64,000 bases of DNA, from NCBI GenBank assembly GCA_037447605.1, contig CM074806.1:4340001-4404000 (forward strand). The letters run 5' to 3'. The DNA comes from Zygnema circumcarinatum SAG 698-1b. Lineage: Eukaryota; Plantae; Zygnematophyceae. Both the position numbers and the translations under genes were made by a program. Positions 25,320 to 35,800 of the stretch are shown in pieces. Numbering within the stretch: position 1 is the first letter of the stretch; every line of letters begins with the position of its first letter. Below the pieces are notes generated by a model, which made no database searches, was not told where the DNA came from, and worked only from the letters and a program-made list of their open reading frames with translations.

Positions 25320-26022
25320 TGAAATGTAGAAATGTGTAGGCGGCGGTCAATTGAGGCGGATGGCTGTACTGTTATAAATAATCTATTTTTGTACATTGTG
25401 GTGTGAATTTTTTTTTTTTTTGGGAGATGAAGGAAAGCTTTCACCACATCAATTGTTATGTATGCAGCTGCACTCACATGAGTTGATGGCTTTTCAATTT
25501 ATCATGTATGGCAAGTCATTACAAGTTGGCCTGCCCTATGGGGAGCACTAAAAACCCTAAAACCGTATTCAATGTTTCCAACATTTCTCTACCGTTAAGT
25601 CCCTATCACCAGTTTCTGGTTTACTGTTCTCGGCATTCAAGGCCTTTTACATCATTCCAAATCATCGGCCCCTTCGAAGAGGTATTTCAGAGGACATTTA
25701 TTATCAAATTGGTCCCTACCTCTCTGTGGGGACCTTTCCCTTCAGAACTCTTCTTCTTCAGGCTCCCCCTCATGCCTCTGCTGCATGACATGCTTCAACA
25801 TTACGCAATTCGTGTTCGCACTGTGCGAATCCAAAGAATTATAGACAATCTCGAAATGGAGCGGATAGGTCGCGAGAAATGAGTGGCTATCATCTTGTTC
25901 CTTCATGCGATTTTGCTGGTGATTCTCCCGATGACCTTTTCTCCAAGGAACGTCTCGAGCTCAGATAAGCAGCAGCATTCTCTTCCCAGTTGGCTTTACC
26001 ACAAATGGAAACTCACTTTTAT

Positions 26023-27750
26023 TCACTTCCCAGTGAGGAAGCTGACGCCCCCAAATGTCGGCGCTAATATTCGGAACAAACCGTCTGGGTTGTCCGTATG
26101 CACCTAAAGAAGGTAAAGGAAGGCGGGGAGGGGGTAGAGAAGAAATATTAAAAAAGAAAAGCATGAGCCCTCTGCATCCATCCCAATCCTGAACCCTGCA
26201 CCCTGAGCCCACACCTAACCCTAACCCTAATTCTGAATCCCAACCCTAACCCTAACCCTGAACCCTAACTCTCAACACTAGCCTTAACCCTGAGCCCTAA
26301 TCCTGAACCCGAGCCTCAACCCTGAACACTGACCAGCAACCGTAACCCTAATCCTAACCTCCGACCTTAGTCTTAACCCTAACTCTCAACACTGTCCTTA
26401 CCCCTGAGCCCTAATCCTGAACCCGACCCTCAACCCTGAACACTGACCAGCAATCGTAACCCTAATCCTAACCTCCAACCTTAGTCTTAACCCTAATTTC
26501 AACCCAAGAGTTTCGGATCCGAAGCTCTCACCCAATGGCCCGCATCTTCCAGCACATGCATCTCCACCCCCGCTCCTTCCGTGGAAGCCATGGCTTCCGC
26601 TGCACTTATCCTTGAAACGTCTTCGAGAGCCCATCTATGGAGACTCCGCTCCGCTCTCAAAAAGTTAATATGAACCCCCGCCGGCACCCTCTCTAAGAGA
26701 GGCCTGCCCTAAGAATTCGGCCCCTCCCGCACCCCAAGTGGTCAGAAAGTTAAACAGGGAGAGTGGAAGTTTTTACTGTGAATATGACTGGGAAAGCACG
26801 GAGTTTTAGGGTTTTAGGGTTGCATGTTCCGTACCATAGGTTGGCTTCTTCATAGGAGCGATACATGTCTGCGATTCCGTCAAGGTTGAAGACCCATGAG
26901 AAGCTTCCTGATTGGCTGCTTGTGGGTCCCTTTTCAGTTGGCCTTAAATTTGTGGTCATCCACTGCGGGAAACAGAATGAAACCAACAAGAAACAAGTAT
27001 ATCAGAGTTTGCTTTTCAGGTCTTTTTTCCTTTGTTGTTTTTTCTGTTTAGCAGAGGGAGCTGCTTGGCCAACCCTGCAAATGATCAAAAACGAAAAAGA
27101 AAGCGAATAGAGAATCACACTGAGATTCTCTCCTCCTTTCACCTGAGCGATGCCGGAAGAAAACTTTTCTGCCAAAAGGAAATCGATGACTGCCCGTCGT
27201 GAGGACACCTGTCAGCCCAAAAAAAAAAAAAGGGGGAAAGAAAGTAAATAAACAAATAAACGACACAGAATCAAAAACAGCAACAAACTATGCTTCAAGT
27301 ATACGAGGACGAGGGCAGAGTACTCGTGGTTTCTGCTTCAACATACGAACAGTAAACCAAAGGAAGAACAGTCCATGCTTATATTACTGCTGTCCCAAAT
27401 AGTAATCAACAAAAGGAAAGTAGAAACTTCAGAGCCATTCCCATTGGAGGTAAAATTAGGGTTCAGAGGTTACCGGAGAGGGCAGTCGGCGGAGGGCGGC
27501 AATGAGCTCTGCAGGATGGTCCTCTCCGTCCCCTCCCGCCCGCACCTTGCCAGGAGTCGCGTCCAGCACCCACACCTGGGGAGAGAGAGAGGGAGGGAGA
27601 GAGAGAGAGCGAGAGAGAGAGTGAGAAAGAGAGAGGAAGAGAGAATGTGTGTGTGTGCGCGCGAGAGAGAGAATGTGTGTGTGTGAGAGAGAGTGATAGA
27701 AGGGGGAGAGAAATCTTAGTGCTGAAAAGTAGTGAAGAGTTGGGGAGAGG

Positions 27751-27788
<38 letters not shown>

Positions 27789-29944
27789 GAGAGAATGTGT
27801 GTGTGCGCGCGAGAGAGAGAATGTGTGTGTGTGAGAGAGAGTGATAGTGGGGGGAGAGAAATCTTAGTGCTGAGAAGTAGTGAAGAGTTGGGGAGAGGGG
27901 GAGAGAGAGAGAGAGAGAGAGGGGAGGGGTGAGAGTTTGATTGTCTGACCTTAATGGGCCGTGCGAGTGGTTTTGCTGCTTGGTCCACCATGCTCAGAGC
28001 AACTGCGAATCGAATCCGTCCCCATTTTCATTCTTCATTTGCACACATTGCAAGCCTTGAAGGCGGGTCGGCACTTCTTTATGTCTTTTCTACAGCAATC
28101 GCTCAGTCATTGGTTTTTCTCCAAAAGCTGTAAAACCTCAAACCCCTTTTTCAAATTGAGTCCTTCACCTCCAGAAAGAAGTGGAAGGGCCCCTCTCACC
28201 TTTCCCTCCGAAGCTGTGGCCAATCAGAACGCGCGGAGTGATTCGCAGCTGCCCCATCTGTTGTCCCATTCCCTCTCCTACAGACATGTAAATTCCTTCC
28301 ATTTTTTTATGAAGTTTACTTTTTCCCTATCACCGTCTCACACTTTCCTAACTTGTTATTTTCTTCATATTCGAAATAGTTTCAATGATTCACGCACCAA
28401 TTGGAGAACATCTCTGGCTGCTGACGTCACCGTGTGCGGAGCCTTCAAAGGAATTTGTGAGGAGTCTCCATGGCAACGGAGATCGACTAACAGAAACTGC
28501 ATGGAGTCAGTTCAACGGAACTGAAGCTCAGTATATGTACATGTGCACACATTCGATCGAGAATGGCTGTAACTGTAACTGCAGGATCGCAGTTCCACAC
28601 ACATAGAACCTCTCACCTGCCACGAGGGAAACTCTTGAGCCAATCGCTTTGCAAACGAACCTGCAGACACGCGAGCAGGGGCACTTCAGACCAAAAAAAT
28701 AAAAAAAAATAAAAATAAAATAAAAAAAAATAAAAAAACGTGAAAACAAGGATAGCCTATGGATCTTTTCTAGATACCCTTCAGAGACAAAGTACTTTAA
28801 AAAATCCCCAAAGGAAAAATCTACGTGTAGAAGAAAGCCCTCTCTTTCAGAAAGCATTTGCCGTTTTCTTTTTGAGTTCCATTCTCTCAAAGTTAAAATA
28901 ACCAATTCGACATTTTAACATGTTAATTTTTTCGTCTGCCCATTTTCCCCACCCCAGTTCCGGCGGCCCCCGAGGATGCCGTGAAGCAGCACGGCGGTGG
29001 GAGGGGGCGGAAGGGACCGGTCGCGGGTCACCGACCACCGCACCTGCACGTGCAGGAGAAGGGATTTTAGGGTTTGTGGGGGTGAGGGAGAGAGAGAAAG
29101 GGACAGAGAGAGGGAGAGAGAAGAGAGAGAGAGGAGAAGAGAGGGAGAGGAGGGGGAGGGGGGAGGGGGGAGGGGGGAGGGGAGAAGGTGGAGGGGGAGA
29201 GAGAGGGGGGAGGGGGACGAGGGGAGGGGGGAGGGGGGAGGTAGAGAGAGAGTGAGGGGGTGGGAGAGGGAGGGAGAGAAGGAAATTCCAGGAAAGGGAG
29301 AGGGAGAGCAGGCAGAGTAAGGGGAGGAGAAAGAGAGGGAGAAAGCAGGGAAGGAGAGGGAGAGAGAGAGAGAGGGCGTGGAGGCGAGAGAGGCCGGCCA
29401 GCTCACCATAGCTCCCTGCACGAGCTCGTAGGCCTGCAGACCCGCCGGATGCCGCGGGGCAAGCAGTTCAGATATGTTGCCATAATGCAATAGTTATGAA
29501 GAGGAGTGGAGAAGGGAGAAGGGAATTTAAAAGACTGCCGATTTGCACTACTTACACAGACAGATGCTCTGAAAAAACCCTAAAATTGGAACAACACGAA
29601 CCTTTCCAATGCCCCTAAACTTCAACACCCCAAAGCCGTGAAACCCCCTAAAAAGCTATGATACTTAAACTAAAAGACTACATAATGACATTAGGCATTT
29701 AGTTGAAAAAAAAAAAAGGCCGAATTGTCTCACCAGAGCTGTCTGCTGAGTCAAATTCCGTCCCTCCGTCAGTTTCTGTAAATCTGAAACTGTGGAAGGG
29801 CGTTCCATGTCCGTTGCTGTGCACTGAACACGGAGGGGCTGCCAGCCATGGAACGGTCTCTGCCTTATCTGAGACGCATTTGAGGGAGGCCGTACAGACA
29901 CCTGCACAGAAATGGAATATCCCCTCTTCTTTTCTTCTTAAAAG

Positions 29945-30026
<82 letters not shown>

Positions 30027-30330
30027 ATCGAATAGGAAAGAAATACATATCTTTTTCTTTTTAAAAATTACAACCATTCCCCGGATATTATCAGAAGATT
30101 TGAATAGAAAGAATTTCATAAAATGTTGTCAGTTTTCTGATATCTATATTCCTAAAAGAACTGGCTTGACTTCCTCTCTTTCAAAATGTTAGCTTCCAAA
30201 AAGACAGATTCTTAAAAGAAATTAAACAAAACACCATGCGTAAACGATCGACATTTACTCAATAATATTAATGTTTCGCTTTTTATATTGCAAAGGGAAA
30301 AGGAACACAAACCTGAGCGCTTAACCCCAT
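26023..30330 (-). CDS. Alpha/beta hydrolase, ABHD11-like (At3g52570-like), with probable plastid transit peptide
   Basis: About 12 exons. Likely start gccATGG at 30330 (MGLSAQ|VSVRPP...LRVQCTAT). Peptides AVLLHGILGGRRNWGSFAKRLA, FLLVDLRCHGDS, RVLIGHSFGGK (nucleophile elbow), WVLDATPGKVRAGGDGEDHP, VLEDAGHWVHTDNPDGL. Confidence 0.9.
26186..26506. repeat. Degenerate (CCCTAA)n telomere-like array inside the last intron of the hydrolase gene
   Basis: Hexamer-phased CCCTAA/CCCTGA/CCTCAA variants, with a 114-bp higher-order duplication starting at 26263 and 26377. Confidence 0.85.
27600..27915. repeat. Intronic tandem duplication of a ~140-150 bp GA/GT-rich unit
   Basis: GAGAGGAAGAGAGAATGTGTGTG...GAGAGAAATCTTAGTGCTGA(A/G)AAGTAGTGAAGAGTTGGGGAGAGG occurs twice in succession. 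Confidence 0.85.
29947..30023. repeat. (AT)n microsatellite
   Basis: Perfect AT run of about 38 units in an intron of the hydrolase gene. Confidence 0.95.
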
Positions 30331-30931
30331 GGCGGATCCCAAATGGGTCGATCCGTGGCCTGCCACAGTGAGAGGAGGAACCCTAAAATTCAAAAAACTG
30401 CTAACCCACAAAATTCTCAAAGACCACAAGCATTAAACCCTGAGACTTAGGGAAAAGAGAGTACAGAAAGAAAGGATATCTCGGAGGATCTGAACCCGTT
30501 AAGAAATGGTATATCAAAATTGGATTGAATATGGCTATATGTAAAGGCGGCATCCATTTTTTTTTTGTATTTACTTTGTCACAATGTGAAGTGGGCGCAT
30601 GGCTCCGTCAGTCAAGGAGAGGAGCTGAGAGACGAAAGACAAAATTTGGGACTGAGAAAAAAAAAATTGACCTCGACCTGATGACAGAAGAAGTCGGCGG
30701 TTCTGGACGTGCCAGCTGGCGCCTGCACGCCCCACATGGGCAGCCATGGCGAAGAGGCCGAGAGACAGACGGAATGAAATGCCCCGAGAGAGAGAGAGAG
30801 CGAGCGAGAGGGGGAGAGAGAGAGAGGGAGAGAGAGGGAGAGAGAGAGGGGGGGGGGAAAGAGAAAGCGAAGGATGGAAGAGGAATTGAGAGGGGCCCTC
30901 CCCCATAGGACGCAACGGCCGCACGAGACGC

Positions 30932-31205
30932 GACACGTGGCAGCCGCGGTCGGGATCGCCTCCGTGTGGTTTAAACTCCGGCCGACAGCGCGCCACGTCA
31001 GACGGCCGACTGCCACGTGGCAGCTCCTCGGCAGGCCCGGGACCTCCTCCAGCCAATCGGAGGGCTCCGATGGCGCCGGCCGACAGCTTCGCCACGTGGT
31101 GGCTCGCTATTGGTGAAAAAAGTCAACAAGGGTAAGCGTGACTACCACGTGGCACGATGTAAGTGGACGGTATAGAAGGATGGCGAATCAAAATGTGCCA
31201 CGTGG
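30932..31205. promoter_or_regulatory. Cluster of G-box/ABRE motifs upstream of the hydrolase gene
   Basis: CCACGTGG at 31013, 31092, 31145 and 31198; ACACGTGGC at 30933; CCACGTCA at 30993. Confidence 0.55.
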
Positions 31206-31453
31206 ATCCCCGCAGGCGTGGACTGGACCTTTTAGTCGATATATCGAAACTTGACGATACGATATCACAAAAGAAAGTATATACCGATACGGTACGATAT
31301 CGATACGACATGATATTAACACGTATTTGAATACATTGCCGGAAGTTCAAAGAAGAAGAAAAAGAGGAGGTCGGCTTTTTTATGGTCGGAGCCCTGAACC
31401 CTGAGCCCTTAGCCCTAAAGCCTGAGCCCCAATATCTGCAAACCCCTACTCCC

Positions 31454-32447
31454 TGTTAGTGTTAGTGTATGATAGTTAGACATTGCATTGTACACACTAA
31501 CTTGTGAAGTACTCAGTTGTTGAAAATGAGATCTGCTAGGCGTAGTGCTCTTAGATTTGGTGATGTCGGTGCTCTGACTTTGGCGAGTGCGCGGAGTATC
31601 GAACGAGCGGCGCTGATTGGTCACGGCGCTGACGCGGGTTCGCGGAGTACGGACGCGTGACTCTATCTTGTTAAGTGCCCGATCTAATTGGTCGCGGCGC
31701 GGACGCAGGTTCGTGGTGTACGGACGCGCGAGACTCTGATTGGTCGCGGCGCGGGCGCGAAACGCGGAGCGCAAAGTTGCGGCGCGGAAACGACATGGGA
31801 GATATTTGGCGGCGAACCGGAATACGCCACGTGGAACACTCGCTATGTGGGTCCGCTGGTTCGAGTGTACGGCCGAAGTGCCGGCGGACTTGTACGAATA
31901 ATGTACGGACAGACAAGAACTAGGTCGGTGCCGTCGTAGGTTTACGAGGCCACTCTCCGGTCGCTATTCCTGAGTGCGCCCACTCAGACTCGGTGCATGG
32001 GTGGGTTTGCAATGGCGGACGCGACGTGACATGTGTGTCACGTCACGGACGCCATATTATATAGTGCTTAGTTTGACAATGGGAAAATAACCATACTAGT
32101 TCTGTCTCTTATTCTGTGCCTGCTCGTGCTGTCATGCTTCCTTCACTTGTGTCGTGAGGTAGTGAGCAAGAGGGACTTACCTTGTAGTGGTGGGAGAACT
32201 TCATGTGGGTGGACATTTCATTATAAAGGAGTTTTAGAGCCGTGAGCTTTCTCCTACACTTCTCTCGTTTGATTTCTTCTGTGCTTATCTCTGGTGTTCA
32301 TTCTGTGAGTTATGGGCGATGAGTGAATTGAGATAGAGCCTTGAGAGTGAAGGAGTGGAAATGTCTACATCGGTGGGAACACAAGTTCCCGTGGAGGGCG
32401 ACACACGAGGTGTTTCCGGAAGCAGCGATCAGTCCCCTGCTTCAACA
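31454..32447 (+). mobile_element. Isolated LTR related to the TGTTAG Copia family
   Basis: Starts TGTTAGTGTTAGTG like the Copia LTRs at 52520 and 43069, has the shared TATAAAGGAGTTTTAGAGCC block and ends TTCAACA. No matching TSD (CTCCC vs ATTTT). Confidence 0.75.
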
Positions 32448-32889
32448 ATTTTATCCTTTGATAAATAATTTACACCCCAACTGTAGCGAAACGCTACAGT
32501 CACCCACGGGAGGTGTACTTAGGGCGCGCTCCGTCCTAGTACTCTCACCCCGGGCGCGGGCCGATTGGCCAAGGCGTCGGGGACCACCTAGGACCAGGAA
32601 GGGTCCTGGGATCGAAACCTTGCGAAGGCTGCAAGGGTTCGATGCGGCGCGGTATACTGAGACATATATGTATCGCGTCGTCGATGTGGTCGAGGGGTCA
32701 CGGAATCCCGACCACATCTTCCTTACGTTTTAGAACGTAACCGTCGTCCGTACAATTACGGGTCACCGTTGGTACGGACGGACTGTCAGTCGGACCCCGC
32801 GCCGCGCGCGTAGGATCCGACCGTGCACTGACGTACGGAGGCGCGCCGCATCGCGGCGCACGCCGCGGGATGCGGTGAGNNNNNNNNNN

Positions 32890-35800
32890 ACTTAGAGCCC
32901 GGCGTGGCTTTATGTTTCCATCCAATGCAGTACCTAACGGTTAGGGCATCGGATACCCTATAGGACGACGGAGGTCCTAGGTTCGAACCATAAGAACTGG
33001 TTCACCCGTGGGGCCGCCACATAATCTCTATGGGCCCCACGTCAGCGGCCAAGGTCCCCTCCTCTCAGCGTAGAGGAAGATCACGGACTAACGGCACCAC
33101 GGGACCAATCCGGTCTCGCGATTGGATCTCGGGCCGCGGCCCGGATCCCCCTTTTGGACTTCTCCGTTCGTCCGTGTTAGAGTATGATAGTTAGCATGTT
33201 TTGTTGGAACATTAGTTTTGTGTGTTTGTGTTGTGTGTTTCCTTGGCGGCGGTCTGGCGCTAAGTTAGTAAGTACGGACATTTAGTCGGCGGAAGAAGCC
33301 CGGCGCTGGCCCAGTCGAAGTGGCAGTAGCGGCAGCGACAAATGATGACATTAAGCGCCCGGGGCAGGCCAGGTGAAGATAATGGCCCGGCCTTGATCTA
33401 CTTAGCCTTGAATGTCGAGAAGTAGCCTTGGCGTGCATGCCCCAGATTGAAGCGATTCAGGACTTGGCGATACGGCGTCAGCCAGCCGGGCGATCGAGAC
33501 GTCGTTAATTGCATTGCATGGAAGTTAATGCGTCATCAATCTTGGAAGCGAGGTCAGATCCTACGGCGCCAAGGCGTGGATTGTAGAGGCGAGTCGGATC
33601 GGCCGAGGAGGAAGCGTCGGGATCGTGTGAGCGACGAGGATCGGCTTGGCAGGATGAGGTCGGGATAGGGGCCCTTCGCGGGCCCACTAGCCGATGTTGT
33701 GAGCTTCGTAACATGGTAGTGTCACGGATGTTGTGACATCGTATATAGTGTGTTGTTTTGTTTGGTTGTTAATCTTTTACTTCTGATTATCAACGTAGCT
33801 ATTGTAGACTCTGAGACTCTGATGCTCGTTTTGATGATCATTACAATTTCTTGTTCTGCGAGTTAGTGGGCTTTTGAGTTTATTGGTCTATTTGAGAGTG
33901 TGTCTCTCATTTTGTGTTTATAAGATTATTATTAAGGAGTTTTAGAGCCGGTGAGCTTTCTCCTATCCTTTTCTCTCATATTCCGCTGCGGTATATTTCC
34001 GAGAGGTTCACTTCAGGAGTAAATGGGCTAAGGAGTGAATGTGAGAGTTTGGGAAATGTCATCATCGATCGAACGCTAACTCCATGGAAGGTGACGCGAG
34101 TGGAGAAGCCGCGCAAGAAGGGAGGAGTCCTCTGACCAACAGTCCGCATACAATAACCCGGCACTGCTGGTACGATTGAAGTTTGGCGCTGACCGGGCCG
34201 CCGCTGTAGGTTCACCGGCAGTAATCGACAGACGGCCGGGTGCGTCATGTTTTAGCGCTGCCGCTGAATGCGGCGCAGCACTCTCAGACAAGCAGGCCAC
34301 CCTCTCTAATCTATCTGAGTGAGAGGAACACGGCGGTTCACATTGACAGCCCCGCTTCCAATCCTCCATGCTGGTGAGGTTCTATCTGGGAAGCTTGGGG
34401 GCGTAAGTGACCGCTGCCACCCAACCAACGCACGGGCATTCGGTTGCACCCCTCGCCGAATGCGCCACCGAAGCTCTCTCTGCTCTCCTCAACTCGAAAA
34501 GCTGGTGTGTGATTCCAGTCGGCGAGAGGCGTTTTCGTTACATTGGTATCGAGGCCGCTGCTAAGGGCCTCTCTTTGACCAGAGAACCTGCGGGTCATAG
34601 TGACCACACGCCGGGCCGGAGGGGACCCAGGGCCCTCGGGGCCGCCACCTCCACCACCTTTCCCCCGGGACGAGGTGATGGAGGAGAACTCGGAGACTGC
34701 GGCCACCCCCATGGAGGGGCCCAGTCCCGAGCCCACGGATGACCAAGGTCATCCGGTAACTGCTGCCCCTCTCCCCGCGTCACCGGAGCCGCTGGCTCCG
34801 GCAGAATCCACCGATCCCATGATCGGGGCCCGCCCATATCACGGCCTCAAGATGAAGAAGAGGATCACGAATCGGGAGCGGATGTAAGGTACAGGGCTGC
34901 CGCCACCATGGCTCAGACGCAGGCAGGTGTGGACGCATATGGAGCTCACTCGGCCCGGCCAGCTTGGTGGACACGCCTGGGAATGGAGTTCCGGGCCTTT
35001 CTCGACAGTTCGAGGATCGGTGAAGCTGCACAACCCCCCTCGTGCCGTAGAGGCAAAGTGGATGCGCTTGGTGTCCTCGTAGGGGTTAGGCGAAACCATT
35101 CTGCAGAAGGCCGTCGTCCCCGACAGCTTCAACCCACGCCGGGGGCAACGGGTGTAGTCCGACCCCGCCGGGTTTTTCCATCGGGGAGTCACCACGGGTA
35201 TTTAACCACCCAGCAAGGGGGACTCGCCTGGGTACCAGCCGGGGCGGAGGAGATCCCAGTCCTCGGACTGCTCCTCCGCAACCTACTGAGGGATGCCCGA
35301 CGGAATCGGGCCAAGGTGGCCCCGCTTTCCTTTTGGGGCGAACATCCTAACACGGACTGCTCGATTGAGCAGTGGTTGGGTCAAACGAAGGGTTACCTTT
35401 CAGTGACCAACCGCTCCCTCCGGGCAGGCTTTGCTTATCAAAGACTCGTAGAGGGAGCCGATACCGTGTGTATGAGGGCCTCTCCGATGATTGGGGATTC
35501 ATTGGGATAAGTTCAGATGAACTTATCAACACTTTGGGCCTTGATCCCGCTTGGAGGCCCGGATAAGTTTTAACATTGTCCAAACCGCAACTGGCCAAGG
35601 CCGCGACTGCCATGTTGGTGCCTCGATCACTCACTCACAAGCCTCGACAAAGCTGAGTTCTTTTTCCACTTCGTGAATGGCTTGAAGCCACACCGAGGAA
35701 AGGCAGCTTAAGAACTAACCCACGGACTTGGAAACCGCGGGGATCTCACGCCGACTCGGAAATACTTTGATGCGCCTATTCGCTTGGACACCTCAGCAGC

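Noticed and set aside
31454-32447. Calling this LTR a classical solo LTR or the 5' LTR of a nested Copia
   Set aside because: Flanks do not form a TSD and no PBS follows it, so its origin is unresolved.
32924-32995. A functional tRNA gene
   Set aside because: Acceptor and anticodon stems do not pair properly and the segment is part of an LTR; kept only as a tRNA-like finding.
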